Part shown: positions 47,757-58,427 of the stretch, in pieces
Layout of the letters: each line of letters starts with the position of its first letter
How positions within the stretch are numbered: position 1 is the stretch's first letter
Origin: a virus
Taxonomy: Duplodnaviria > Caudoviricetes
Direction: 5' to 3' (one strand)
Virus record (IMG/VR): IMGVR_UViG_3300028886_000028
Coordinates: 256,001 to 320,000 of that record
DNA: 64,000 nucleotides
Program-made: the position numbers and the translations under genes
The notes under the pieces: generated by a model
The model's database searches: none
What the model saw: only the letters and a program-made list of their open reading frames with translations
What the model was told of the DNA's origin: nothing

Positions 47757-48016
47757 TTGATAGAAACAAATTAACCAACTTCATTAAGCTTAGGCAAATG
47801 AATCCATTAACTGAGTGGGATGATATAAAAGAGGGAGAAAAATATCATTTGCCACCTTTAATATTTAACAAAAGGATGGATTTTATCGTTGCTGAAAAAA
47901 GGCCAAATAGTTTAAGATTTAAAAAAACTGATTGTTCCTATTGTCAAACTATGTTTAAAACAGATTTAACGACTAGGTTTATCGTAAAAAAACAAGAAAT
48001 ACATGGCAGTACTTGA
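47753..48016 (+). CDS. Hypothetical protein (YHLPP family)
   Basis: WDDIKEGEKYHLPP...RMDF. Confidence 0.7.
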   Translation: MIDRNKLTNFIKLRQMNPLTEWDDIKEGEKYHLPPLIFNKRMDFIVAEKRPNSLRFKKTDCSYCQTMFKTDLTTRFIVKKQEIHGST

Positions 48017-48275
48017 TAAAAAATATTATGATTATTATAGGCTAAAAAAGCATAAGCCTATCATGACTTATGATGATATTGAAATTGGTACTACATACCA
48101 CATACCACCTACTATATTATATGATAGGAGAGATTTTATATGCGAAACTAAAGATGCCTATAGAGCAACAGGAAAAATGCTTTCTAGTGACGGTATTTGG
48201 CGGCAAGCAACTATATACCCAACAGAAATTTCAGTTACATTTTTAGTTAAAAAACGTACTATTAACAAACATTAA
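48003..48275 (+). CDS. Hypothetical protein (YHLPP family)
   Basis: YDDIEIGTTYHIPP...RRDF. Confidence 0.7.
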   Translation: MAVLDKKYYDYYRLKKHKPIMTYDDIEIGTTYHIPPTILYDRRDFICETKDAYRATGKMLSSDGIWRQATIYPTEISVTFLVKKRTINKH

Positions 48276-48379
48276 CACAGAATATTTATTTATTCTGTGT
48301 TTTTTTTGTACATTTGTGTTATGGACATAAGAGATAGAGTTGTATTCTTATAATAGCAAAAAAATATAGTAAATTAAAT

Positions 48380-48811
48380 ATGAACATTAACTATTATAAA
48401 AATTGTTGTATAACATTATCATTTGATGATTTAGATTACAACAAAATTGCCTCTGAGAGTTTTAAAAAAGATTTAGTGGATTGGTGTAAGGCTGATAGGA
48501 AAAAATGGCTCAGAACGTCTGTAAACTACATTTACGAGCAACTTTACTTGCCTACAAGAAAAAAGAGGTTTGATTCGCTACCTGAAGAAGAGCAAATTAA
48601 GTATGTTAAAGAGAAAAAGCCTTTTGGTATAAGTATGGACGTAATAAAGAAAAACGCTTTATACAGATACAATATCGAAAGGATAAAAATGTATAAAACC
48701 AAAGAAAACTTTATCAAAGTTCATGGCGAATATGCTTTTAATCGTTTTTTCTGTGGCCCTGATTTAGAATGGGAAAAAATTGAGGATTTAATTATTAAAG
48801 GGTTTGACTGA
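48380..48811 (+). CDS. Hypothetical protein
   Basis: 143-aa ORF. Confidence 0.65.
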   Translation: MNINYYKNCCITLSFDDLDYNKIASESFKKDLVDWCKADRKKWLRTSVNYIYEQLYLPTRKKRFDSLPEEEQIKYVKEKKPFGISMDVIKKNALYRYNIERIKMYKTKENFIKVHGEYAFNRFFCGPDLEWEKIEDLIIKGFD

Positions 48812-49188
48812 TGAATGAAGAAAAAGAATTTTATCTGGATGCATATGATTTCATTTGCTCTTTAATGGAATATGTTAATAGAATTTCTAATGAAATGACA
48901 AAAATAAGTATTGATAATTACAGAGAACGATTCAGTACTTGTAAAGAAACTATTAGCAGGCTTGGTGAACAAATAATGAAATTTGTAAACAAATGGAACT
49001 GTGATGATGAAAAGGTTTGTTCTACTTTGAGAACTATTAAAGAATACTACGAATTTTATCGTGTAACATTTAGCAGTTCTTCAAATTATTTATATGAACG
49101 TGATGCTAATTACATAATAGAATCTATTGGCTCTTCCAAATTGATTCTCTCACATAAATTGAAGATGTTAAAATCTAAAATATGTTAA
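48811..49188 (+). CDS. Hypothetical protein
   Basis: 125-aa ORF, TGATG coupling. Confidence 0.65.
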   Translation: MNEEKEFYLDAYDFICSLMEYVNRISNEMTKISIDNYRERFSTCKETISRLGEQIMKFVNKWNCDDEKVCSTLRTIKEYYEFYRVTFSSSSNYLYERDANYIIESIGSSKLILSHKLKMLKSKIC

Positions 49189-49293
49189 ATGCAGCAATAA
49201 AATATTCATATTAACAATAATTAACGTGGAATGTTTGTGCGTTCCGCGTTTTTTTATTACCTTTGCAGCGAAATAAACAAATAGTTAAACGCA

Positions 49294-51114
49294 ATGATTA
49301 ATATTGAAGAAATTTTAAAGACTCCAAACGACAAGTTTAGAAAGACATTTAGTAAAAAACATGGTTATCTTTTCGATAGCCAAATAAACACTGCTAAAGA
49401 TATTGTCTCTAATTTAACAAGAAAGACAACTCGCAGAAACCATGTGATACTTGCAGCCAAAATGCAGAGTGGCAAAACTGGTGTTTGCAATGCAGTGGTA
49501 AATATCATATCTCAAACTGACATACAAAGATACCTTGCTGTTGATAAATATATGTTTATAACAGGTATGAATGACTGTGGCTTGAAGTCTCAGACATTAA
49601 AGCGTGTAGAAGAGCAAGTAATTGGGGCAAACAAAGATAATATATATTCAGGATTAAGAAGTAAAAAGAACCTTTTGCCAAATCATTTCTTCGTAATGAA
49701 AAACAGTGATTTGTTGAAATATGATGGCGATATTAATAATACTGTAATATTCATTGATGAAGCCCATTACGGTTCTGGCGATAAAAACATTTTAAGCAAA
49801 TTTTTGTATAAACACAGTATTGATTGGAAAGATACTAATGACCTTATTAAAAGGAATATATATATCGTTTCTGTATCAGCAACTCCGTTTGATGAAATAG
49901 TAAGCGACACTAAAGAAGTAAAAAGCATTGTAGAACTTACGCCATCAAAAGAATATATTGGAGTATCTGAATATCTTTGCAATGGTCAAGTAATGGATGC
50001 AGAAAAAGATGATATTGAAGAAGAGGGAGCAATCTTTGACTATATCAATGATGCGCATCAAAGGATGGTTGACAATGATGAAGCCGGTGTGATAATAATT
50101 CGCACACGTAAGTTTAATGTTATCGAAGCAGACCCGTATATAAAGAAAGATTTTGATATATTTGAAATGTATTCCTCAGGTAGTAATATAGAGTACGATA
50201 AGTTCAATGAAATGGCTAAAGACCTTATTGATAAAAACGAATACAATAAAAAAATATCAAAAATGAAGTCTTCGTCCGCTATCATTGGTGGTATGCCAAA
50301 GATGTACGTAAAGCCGCTTATTGTGTTAATTAAGGGCGCATTTAGGGCAGGTATCACGCTTGATTCAAGATTAAAGGATTACATATATATGATATATGAT
50401 TTTTCTCTTAAAGCAGATACTACCGCCCAGGCATTACTTGGACGTTTGTGTGGGTATCGTGATAAAAAGGCAAATATCAACAATACATATATCTATGTAA
50501 ACAAAAAGTTCGCTGATATGTATTCAGCTTGGGAAAATGATTTTCAAAACAGAACTATTGTTCCTTGTAGTAAAACGACCTTTCAGTGGATTCCAAACGA
50601 TGTGGTAAATCCAATGGCTCAGATTGGAACTAAGTCTAGGGGAAATATAGCAATTGACCTTACTGACAAAGAAATAAGAGAAATATATCAATACAGTTCT
50701 CAATTAAAAAACAGGGTAGGCTACATGAAAATGGCTCTTCCTGATTTGCTAAAAAGACACAATGTGTCCATTGATTATGATTATATTGGCGAGGCTGTAT
50801 TAAGTGGCAAGAATAACTATACAAGAGCCAGCCAAGTGAAGCGATTTGAGTCGTTTACATCTGATTCTCTAGTCTATCAGTTCAGACCTTATAAAATTAA
50901 AGATTTCGTTCTTGAAACAAATCGTGATTATCTCACGTATGATGACCTTGGCAAATCTGCTGTATTCGTTGTACTAGATGCAACTATAGACGATAATGGA
51001 CTTGATATTGGTGGCAATAAAAGGCTTTTGATTTACAATGTAGAAGTGGGGCAGAAAATAACCATTCCTAACACTCGTTCTTTGTACAAAGCCCATAAAG
51101 ACACTGATATTTAA
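49294..51114 (+). CDS. SF2 helicase-like ATPase
   Basis: AKMQSGKT Walker A, DEAH, SAT, QALLGRLCGY motif VI. Confidence 0.85.
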   Translation: MINIEEILKTPNDKFRKTFSKKHGYLFDSQINTAKDIVSNLTRKTTRRNHVILAAKMQSGKTGVCNAVVNIISQTDIQRYLAVDKYMFITGMNDCGLKSQTLKRVEEQVIGANKDNIYSGLRSKKNLLPNHFFVMKNSDLLKYDGDINNTVIFIDEAHYGSGDKNILSKFLYKHSIDWKDTNDLIKRNIYIVSVSATPFDEIVSDTKEVKSIVELTPSKEYIGVSEYLCNGQVMDAEKDDIEEEGAIFDYINDAHQRMVDNDEAGVIIIRTRKFNVIEADPYIKKDFDIFEMYSSGSNIEYDKFNEMAKDLIDKNEYNKKISKMKSSSAIIGGMPKMYVKPLIVLIKGAFRAGITLDSRLKDYIYMIYDFSLKADTTAQALLGRLCGYRDKKANINNTYIYVNKKFADMYSAWENDFQNRTIVPCSKTTFQWIPNDVVNPMAQIGTKSRGNIAIDLTDKEIREIYQYSSQLKNRVGYMKMALPDLLKRHNVSIDYDYIGEAVLSGKNNYTRASQVKRFESFTSDSLVYQFRPYKIKDFVLETNRDYLTYDDLGKSAVFVVLDATIDDNGLDIGGNKRLLIYNVEVGQKITIPNTRSLYKAHKDTDI

Positions 51115-51212
51115 TCATTTAACTTTAATTAACTTAATATATTTCTGTTATCGACAATTTATTTGTATATTTGCTTCAAAGTGTTAATATAGTAATGTAA
51201 TAAACGTAATAT

Positions 51213-51878
51213 ATGTTTCTATTAATATCGTTTGTGGCTGCGTTGATTTCGCTTTATTATCTTGGTGTAATGGCTGATACCTATAACGCAGATACTACAT
51301 ATCTAACCCCATTGATGGTTTTGCTGATTTACTCAGTTTTATCTATTTTTAGGCAACTAAAAAATGGAGTACTATCATTTCTTGCAGATGATTATAACTA
51401 TAACGATTCAACTTATTACAGGAGTTATCCAACGAACAATTCATACAATAATTCCTATAATAACGCATATAGACAAAGGGAAGAAGTGGAGTATTTCACA
51501 GTTGACGATAAAAAAGAAAAAAATAACGTACAAGAATTAATTCATTACCCGTCCAATAAAGAAATTAGGGAAAAAATAAAAGAACTAGAAGACAGCCGTT
51601 GGTTCAGATTTAAAAGAGGCTTTGCTGCAATATTCGGCATAGATATTACTACGAAATATTACGAAAAGTTTAAAAAACCTTATAAGGTTACAACTAAGTG
51701 TACTTCAAGTAATGTTAACAAAGAAGACAACAATCGTTTTAAGCCAAACAATAACTTTTGGGCAGCAAAAGAAATAACAGAATATAATTCTGTAACAAAG
51801 CTAATGAGTGGCAGAAGTTGTGAAATTGCTATTGCCAATGATAATGAAGATACCAATAACAATTCAAATGATGAATAA
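51213..51878 (+). CDS. Membrane protein
   Basis: Two N-terminal TM segments. Confidence 0.65.
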   Translation: MFLLISFVAALISLYYLGVMADTYNADTTYLTPLMVLLIYSVLSIFRQLKNGVLSFLADDYNYNDSTYYRSYPTNNSYNNSYNNAYRQREEVEYFTVDDKKEKNNVQELIHYPSNKEIREKIKELEDSRWFRFKRGFAAIFGIDITTKYYEKFKKPYKVTTKCTSSNVNKEDNNRFKPNNNFWAAKEITEYNSVTKLMSGRSCEIAIANDNEDTNNNSNDE

Positions 51879-52002
51879 TAAAAACGAAGAATTCATACTT
51901 CCTTCTAGCATTATTAATGTGAAATCTAACCCTCATAAAAGTGCTACAGTTAAAAAGCATACCGTATCAGTAGGGTATTATCATGAAACATATTATTAAC
52001 GT

Positions 52003-52215
52003 ATGAAAATTTTCAAACTAAATGATAATGAAAAAGAAAATGCTAAAGCCTTTGTAAATGAACATAGTGAGTGCGTAAAGAAAATGCCTGTGGCAACAGA
52101 TGGCGTTTATGCCTTTACATATTCATTCACTCCTGGCGGAATTGGCGTGATAGCCAAAATAAAGTGTAATTGTTGTGGAAAAGAATTAAATATTACAGAC
52201 TATAAAAACTGGTAA
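52003..52215 (+). CDS. Small zinc-binding phage protein
   Basis: H..C...FTPGGIG...CNCCG...ITDY..W. Confidence 0.7.
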   Translation: MKIFKLNDNEKENAKAFVNEHSECVKKMPVATDGVYAFTYSFTPGGIGVIAKIKCNCCGKELNITDYKNW

Positions 52216-52219
52216 AATA

Positions 52220-52666
52220 ATGGAAAATAAAGAAGAATTAAAAAATGGTTCAACAACTACAACTATGGTTGGAGAGAAAGTTGGCACTCAGGAAAACGCA
52301 ACATCTGAGGATAAGAAAGAAACAACTAGTTATGAAGGAGATTTGAAAAGCTTGATTGGCGATGGCAAATACAACATTTCAGCCCCTCTTTTCTTGATGT
52401 TTGCTGAGTATCTTGGCTATGTTGGTAAAACGCTTCCTTGGGTTGACTCTTGGTGTGTTGACAAGAAGAAACCTGAAGACTACAAGGTTAAGTTTATCGA
52501 AGTTGAGGCTATTACAGTTCTTCGTGAAGCCAAAACTAAGTTTACAGAGCAGAAACTTCGTGAACTCTATGATAGCCTTTATGAGGTGATTTTGTTCATC
52601 TATGATGATAACCTCAAAGAGTTGGATAAAGAAAGCAAAGAAAAAGCTGACAGAGTAACAACATAA
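52220..52666 (+). CDS. Hypothetical protein
   Basis: 148-aa ORF. Confidence 0.7.
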   Translation: MENKEELKNGSTTTTMVGEKVGTQENATSEDKKETTSYEGDLKSLIGDGKYNISAPLFLMFAEYLGYVGKTLPWVDSWCVDKKKPEDYKVKFIEVEAITVLREAKTKFTEQKLRELYDSLYEVILFIYDDNLKELDKESKEKADRVTT

Positions 52667-52763
52667 ACATTTGAAAGAAGATTAACATTATTTAACGTGG
52701 AATATTTGCTTATTCCACGTTTTTTTATTACCTTTGCACACAGAAAGTAATAAACAATTATCT

Positions 52764-53036
52764 ATGATTATATTATATATCATAATTTCTTTAACAAATG
52801 TATTCTTACACATTGTGAGAAGCATTTTGGTTATTAAATCAAGCAAATTAATTGCTTCTCTTGCAAACTGCATCTGCTACACATTTTCTGCTGTCGTGAT
52901 TAAATTCATTGCAGAAGTCGATTTATGGATTGCAATTGCTGTTCAGGCATCTACAAACTTTATAGGGTGTTATATAGCAATGATGTTTTGTGATTACATA
53001 CTAAATAAAAATAAACGTTATGAACCAGTTAATTGA
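52764..53036 (+). CDS. Small membrane protein (DUF2179/DUF5698-like)
   Basis: NVFLHIVRSILVIK...AS.AN; three TM segments. Confidence 0.6.
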   Translation: MIILYIIISLTNVFLHIVRSILVIKSSKLIASLANCICYTFSAVVIKFIAEVDLWIAIAVQASTNFIGCYIAMMFCDYILNKNKRYEPVN

Positions 53037-53241
53037 ATTTAAAGAATCAATAAATGTAAAAATCGAAGGAAGATTTGCATACTTTACAAAGAAAATTGTT
53101 AAAGTGTTTGTTCTGCGTAGTGGAAAGCCGTCATACGTAATTGACGAAGATGGTAGCAAATACGATTTCGAATACGTAGAAGATAAAGATTTAGTATATC
53201 GTACAATTGTTAGAAATTTAATGTTTAAAGAATTAATTTAA
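53020..53241 (+). CDS. Hypothetical protein
   Basis: 73-aa ORF. Confidence 0.6.
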   Translation: MNQLIEFKESINVKIEGRFAYFTKKIVKVFVLRSGKPSYVIDEDGSKYDFEYVEDKDLVYRTIVRNLMFKELI

Positions 53242-53242
53242 T

Positions 53243-53947
53243 ATGAAAGAATATAGATTAACCGGCGGTTCTGCTACCGTTTATGATAATAAAGAAGAAA
53301 TAGAATCTGTTATTAAAAAATTCGTAAAAAATAAAGAATACTTAAAAGGTATTTTAAGCCAATGGTGCTTATCTAATGGCTATAACAGTGATTTGTGTAT
53401 ATTGTTTAAAAGTGACAAAACAAATAAATATCTCGCAATATTTAGAACATATTTGGGTGGCGCAGAAGCAATTTATACATTAACATATGGGTATGATATA
53501 GTAATATATGTCGAGCCAAATTCAAAACTTGTTTTTATTAATTTAATAAATGAATTTTTCGAAAAAAATGAGGAATTCATATTGCCTTATCAAAAAGAAA
53601 TATTAAATAGGACAAAAACATTTGATAGAATTTTTATACCGTTATTAAGTAAAAATGTTGATTTAATAAATGCAAAAATTTCAAAAAAATATTTCTGGCT
53701 ATACGGTCAAGAACTTGTACAATTTATGGAAGTTGATGGCGGAAAAACGTATATACCATTTTTCAATGAAGTAAGCAAAGAATACTTTATATGTTTAGAA
53801 GGTAAAAGCCAAGAAGTACAGATATTTTTTGATAAAGCACAAGCAACAAATTACGCTTTAAATATATTAACAAACAGGTTAAATAGTAAAATAAGCCAAG
53901 TAGAAGATTTGAAAAAAAGAATAAATAATTTAAAAAATATAGATTAA
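53243..53947 (+). CDS. Hypothetical protein
   Basis: 234-aa ORF. Confidence 0.7.
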   Translation: MKEYRLTGGSATVYDNKEEIESVIKKFVKNKEYLKGILSQWCLSNGYNSDLCILFKSDKTNKYLAIFRTYLGGAEAIYTLTYGYDIVIYVEPNSKLVFINLINEFFEKNEEFILPYQKEILNRTKTFDRIFIPLLSKNVDLINAKISKKYFWLYGQELVQFMEVDGGKTYIPFFNEVSKEYFICLEGKSQEVQIFFDKAQATNYALNILTNRLNSKISQVEDLKKRINNLKNID

Positions 53948-54131
53948 TATGAAGTCATTAGAAGAAATTAAAAATATAGTGCTGGAAAACGCCAAAAAAG
54001 GTGTTCTATTGCCAACAGGTATATAGTTCCCAGTAATTAATATATACCGTATAAAAATGCAATCAGTAATGATTGCATTTTTTTGTTGCCAAATGATATT
54101 TATATACAAAAACATTGTATATAAATAAAAT

Positions 54132-55142
54132 ATGAAAAATATAATAACAGAAGATATAATTAGAAACGCATTAAATGAATCCATTGATGAATTCATTATT
54201 GAAGAAGAATTTGGTAAAGGATTAAAATCATGGTGGAATAAACCATATATGCAAACCGCAAGGAATTATGTTGGAAAAGCATATAACGGCTTAAAAAATG
54301 CTGCTGCCGAATATATGAATTTAAGGACAAACGGGCAATGGAATCAAAAATACGGAATCAATCCTATTTACAACGTTAGTCAATTTAGCGAACTCAGATA
54401 TTTAACGCAATGGTTTTATATACAAAAAAACACATTACAAAATATATTAAATCCGCGAAGTCCTTCACAGATTTCTACTGATAGAACTAAAATAAATCAA
54501 TATGAAGATAGACCTAATGATTTTATTGCAAAAGAATGTACTTATCAAAACTTTACTAAGTGGGCAGGACAATATATAAGAAATTATAAAGGACTTAAAT
54601 TCATTGATACATACATATATAACTACATAACGAAAAATTATCAAGACCCACAAAAAGCAATGCAAGCAATGGATTTAAATGTTTTTTTAAAAACATCTAT
54701 TGGAAATGAAACATATAAAGAAGCCGCTATTGATAACAATAACAGAGAAACAACGACAAATATACAAGAATTACAAAAAGAAGTTGTAGATATTTCTAAT
54801 TTTTTTGAAAATTTAAAAAAATTAATTGAAAAAGTAATAAATAATAATGTTGAAGATTTACCTAATTTTTTTGAATATAATGTTAATAATTATTTCAACC
54901 AATATTTTAAATTATATTTATTATCAAATGACAAATCTACCATTCAAAGGTTAAATCTAGTAAAAAAATATTTATTTAATCAATGGAGTTCGTGGAAAAG
55001 AACAATAGAAAACGACCCATCAAAAGCGAAAATGTTTAAAGATTGGATTGATTATAATAATTTTTTCAATAATAAAGAAGGAAAGCAATATTGGTATTTG
55101 CAAAGGCAAACAGGAGCATATGGAAATGAACATAAATATTAA
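54132..55142 (+). CDS. Hypothetical protein (possible virion-internal protein)
   Basis: IITEDIIRNALNESIDEFIIEE N-terminus; preceded by TATTTATA. Confidence 0.7.
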   Translation: MKNIITEDIIRNALNESIDEFIIEEEFGKGLKSWWNKPYMQTARNYVGKAYNGLKNAAAEYMNLRTNGQWNQKYGINPIYNVSQFSELRYLTQWFYIQKNTLQNILNPRSPSQISTDRTKINQYEDRPNDFIAKECTYQNFTKWAGQYIRNYKGLKFIDTYIYNYITKNYQDPQKAMQAMDLNVFLKTSIGNETYKEAAIDNNNRETTTNIQELQKEVVDISNFFENLKKLIEKVINNNVEDLPNFFEYNVNNYFNQYFKLYLLSNDKSTIQRLNLVKKYLFNQWSSWKRTIENDPSKAKMFKDWIDYNNFFNNKEGKQYWYLQRQTGAYGNEHKY

Positions 55143-55219
55143 CAATATTTAACGTGAGATATTTGTTTATCTCACGTTTTTTTTATATATTTGTTTATAT
55201 CTTTAATTGACTATTAGTT

Positions 55220-55555
55220 ATGGCAAAGAAAGAGTATAAAGACTACAATGTTCACAAAAAATATTTTTTAAGGTATTTAAAAGAACGTGGCGCATATACT
55301 GCATATTTAAGAAACATACGCAGTACAAAATGCCCCAATTTTTATAAACAACGTTATCCTTCTTGTACATTTGAAAGTGCGGCAAAACATAATGGAATGC
55401 AATCAATGATTTCATTGTTGTTTGTTTGGGAAAAAACGCCTGAAGGCCATAAATTTTGGAGCGATATAAATAAAAGTTACTGCAAAGATTTCTTAAAAAA
55501 ATTCCCCGATTATACACGTTATTTCGATAGTTATTTTATCGCTAGATATGAATAA
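55220..55555 (+). CDS. Hypothetical protein, FLKE/WEKTPEG..FW family
   Basis: RYLKERG...FVWEKTPEGHKFW. Confidence 0.7.
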   Translation: MAKKEYKDYNVHKKYFLRYLKERGAYTAYLRNIRSTKCPNFYKQRYPSCTFESAAKHNGMQSMISLLFVWEKTPEGHKFWSDINKSYCKDFLKKFPDYTRYFDSYFIARYE

Positions 55556-55835
55556 AAACGATATTAAACACCTCCCCAGAAAAAAACCACAAGAACCTAA
55601 ATGGTATCAGAAAGTAATAACTCCTGACCAATTTGATATAAAACAAAATAGCATAGGGCTTTTTTTCGCGCATCATCACGCTTGGAAAAAAACTGTATGG
55701 ATTGGGCCTTATGAAACGGAAGAAGAAATTTCAAAAGTTATTGCATCTTATGCAACAGTTACAAAAAAACCATTCGGTAAAAGAAAAGAATTGAAAAGCG
55801 TACATTCGATTATAATTGAAGAAAAGGATTGGTAA
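55548..55835 (+). CDS. Hypothetical protein
   Basis: 95-aa ORF. Confidence 0.65.
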   Translation: MNKNDIKHLPRKKPQEPKWYQKVITPDQFDIKQNSIGLFFAHHHAWKKTVWIGPYETEEEISKVIASYATVTKKPFGKRKELKSVHSIIIEEKDW

Positions 55836-55950
55836 TATAAAAAGGGAACTATAAAAAAGTATGTGAATATAAACAGATACAAAAAATGCAGACATTAATG
55901 TCTGCATTTTTATGACTTGATATTAACATGTACATAATTCACTCCTTTTA

Positions 55951-58002
55951 TTATTGTTCTACCTTTGTCCAACTATACTTTCCTAAGTAATAGTTTCCTG
56001 TTCCCATCCATACATTATAACCACTACTACCTACAGGAACATATAACTTACCATTTCTTCCAACTAAATAAAATGTGCGACTTTGTATTGTAGGCGCAGT
56101 TACAGCATTTGATGTTATACTTCTAAGACTAGTAGCAGTATCGAATGCACTACCACCAATACTTGTTACACCACTACCTATTGTACAACTTGTAAGGCCT
56201 CTACAGTCAGCGAAAGCACTGCCACCAATACTTCTTACACTATCAGGTATAACTATACTTGTAAGGCCACTACATTCTCTGAAAGCACTAGTTCCAATAC
56301 TTGTAACGCCACTACCTATCATACAACTTGTAAGACTAGTGCAAGCACTGAAAACATTATTACCAATACTTGTTACACCATCACCTATTGTGCAACTTGT
56401 AAGACTACTACAATGAGTAAATGCACTATTACCAATACTTGTAACACTATCAGGTATATCTATATTTGTGAGGCCACTACAACACCAAAAAGTATTATCA
56501 CCAATACTTGTAACACCACTTGGAATATCTATACTTGTAAGACCGCTACAATTGTAGAAAGCATAACCGCCAATACTTGTTACACCACTTCCAATGGTAC
56601 AACTTGTAAGACCAATACAACCATTGAATACACTAACATCCATACTTGTTACACTATTTGGTATAACTATACTTGTAAGGCTAGTAGCACTATAGAATGC
56701 ACTATTACCAATACTTGTAACACTATCTGGTATTGTTACACTTGTAAGACTAGTACATCTAGAAAAAGCATTATTACCAATACTTGTAACACTATTAGGT
56801 ATATCTATACTTATAAGATTAGTAGCACCATAGAATGCACTATCACCAATACTAGTCACGGTATTTGGAATAACCGTGTTTTTGCATCCTAATATTAATA
56901 CATTTGTAGATGTTTCAATAATAGCATTACAGTTATTACGTGAATCATATGCAGTGTTATTATTATAAACTGTTATACTACTAAGGCCACTACAACCTCT
57001 GAAAGCATAATTTCCAATACTTATTACGCTATCAGGTATATCTATACTTGTAAGACTACTACAATCTCTGAAAGCATAATCTCCAATACTTATTACGCTA
57101 TCTGGTATAGTTACACTTGTAAGACTACTACAATCTCTTAAAGCATTCCATCCTATAATTGTTGGGTCTTTTAATGTGTATTTAATTGTATGCTCACCTG
57201 TTGTGTCAAATGTATAACCAGATGATACTGATGGTTGTTCAACACCATCTATCTCAATTGAACTGAAACTGCTTGTACCACTTGCAATTTTTGTTGGACT
57301 ACTTGTATCTGTTACATTGAACTTAGCCGTTACCTTTGCCTCAAATTTGCTCTGAGTAACACTATACTCAATCTCATTTCCATAATAATCAACTGTACCA
57401 CTTACAGTTCTTGCATCGCTTGTGCTAGGATTTTCTCCGCAATTAACTGTTACAGTATCTGTACCTGTAGTAACAATCTGCTGACACTTTTTATTAATGT
57501 CAGTTCTTCTATAATCAAGTGTAATATCAAATGATTGGCTAGCCCCGTCTATCGAAGCAGGGTATGATGGGTTGCCTATAATTTCGCACACTGTAGATTC
57601 TGGGCATATTTTGCTTTGTACAACTTCATATTCAATATTAATATCATTCCATACTACTGTGCCACTAACGGTTCTACTATCAGATGTGCTGGTATTTTCA
57701 CCGCAATTAACAGTTACAGTATCTGCGCTGTTTATGATTTCAAGCTCTTGGCATTCTTTGTTAATATAAGTTCTTTTATAATTGAAACTAATGTCAAATG
57801 ATGAAACATCACCGTATATAGTAGCCGGGTAAGATGGAGTTCCTACAATCTCATATACATAGCCCTCTTCACAGGAAATATATGGATTATAATGCACTTC
57901 CATAGGCGTATCAAGGCAAAATGATACATTTGGCAAAATTAAACTACTTTTAGCTTCTTCATAATCAATATGTTCGTTAAATAATTTTATATATCTTCCC
58001 AT
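55951..58002 (-). CDS. BspA-type leucine-rich repeat (LRR_5) protein
   Basis: Many C.SLTS..IPDSVTSIG..AF 23-aa repeats; duplicated N-terminal GENxSTSD.RTVSGTV module. Confidence 0.92.
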   Translation of the reverse strand: MGRYIKLFNEHIDYEEAKSSLILPNVSFCLDTPMEVHYNPYISCEEGYVYEIVGTPSYPATIYGDVSSFDISFNYKRTYINKECQELEIINSADTVTVNCGENTSTSDSRTVSGTVVWNDINIEYEVVQSKICPESTVCEIIGNPSYPASIDGASQSFDITLDYRRTDINKKCQQIVTTGTDTVTVNCGENPSTSDARTVSGTVDYYGNEIEYSVTQSKFEAKVTAKFNVTDTSSPTKIASGTSSFSSIEIDGVEQPSVSSGYTFDTTGEHTIKYTLKDPTIIGWNALRDCSSLTSVTIPDSVISIGDYAFRDCSSLTSIDIPDSVISIGNYAFRGCSGLSSITVYNNNTAYDSRNNCNAIIETSTNVLILGCKNTVIPNTVTSIGDSAFYGATNLISIDIPNSVTSIGNNAFSRCTSLTSVTIPDSVTSIGNSAFYSATSLTSIVIPNSVTSMDVSVFNGCIGLTSCTIGSGVTSIGGYAFYNCSGLTSIDIPSGVTSIGDNTFWCCSGLTNIDIPDSVTSIGNSAFTHCSSLTSCTIGDGVTSIGNNVFSACTSLTSCMIGSGVTSIGTSAFRECSGLTSIVIPDSVRSIGGSAFADCRGLTSCTIGSGVTSIGGSAFDTATSLRSITSNAVTAPTIQSRTFYLVGRNGKLYVPVGSSGYNVWMGTGNYYLGKYSWTKVEQ

Positions 58003-58091
58003 TTCTTTTACAATTTATATATAAATATTTATTTAACTTTATTTAACTCAAATAATTTCCTTTTTTTGCCGTTTTATTGTATATTTGCAGT

Positions 58092-58409
58092 ATGATTACT
58101 ATAAACAATGAAATAAACAGAAATCTCAAAGGAATCATATATCATAAGGAAACGCCAATAGGCGAATGCAATAGTGTTGAAACCTTTTTAGATATTCTTT
58201 GCCAAGTTAAAAAGGAACAGAGCGAAGATTATTCAATGAAAGTTGAAGTGGAGGTGTCTAAAGATACCAAGAGAATTTATGTTTATCATTTCACCAAAGA
58301 GGGTAAAGTAATTCCCTCTTCATATCCTGGGGTTTATCTTTGGACAGATATGATGAACAAGGATTTATTGTATTTATACAACTTTTCAATCAGTCATAGT
58401 TTTGATTAA
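58092..58409 (+). CDS. Hypothetical protein
   Basis: ATG after promoter. Confidence 0.65.
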   Translation: MITINNEINRNLKGIIYHKETPIGECNSVETFLDILCQVKKEQSEDYSMKVEVEVSKDTKRIYVYHFTKEGKVIPSSYPGVYLWTDMMNKDLLYLYNFSISHSFD

Positions 58410-58427
58410 TAAAACATCTATAATATA

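Noticed and set aside
56075-56892. Plus-strand repetitive ORFs
   Set aside because: Antisense shadows of the LRR repeats.
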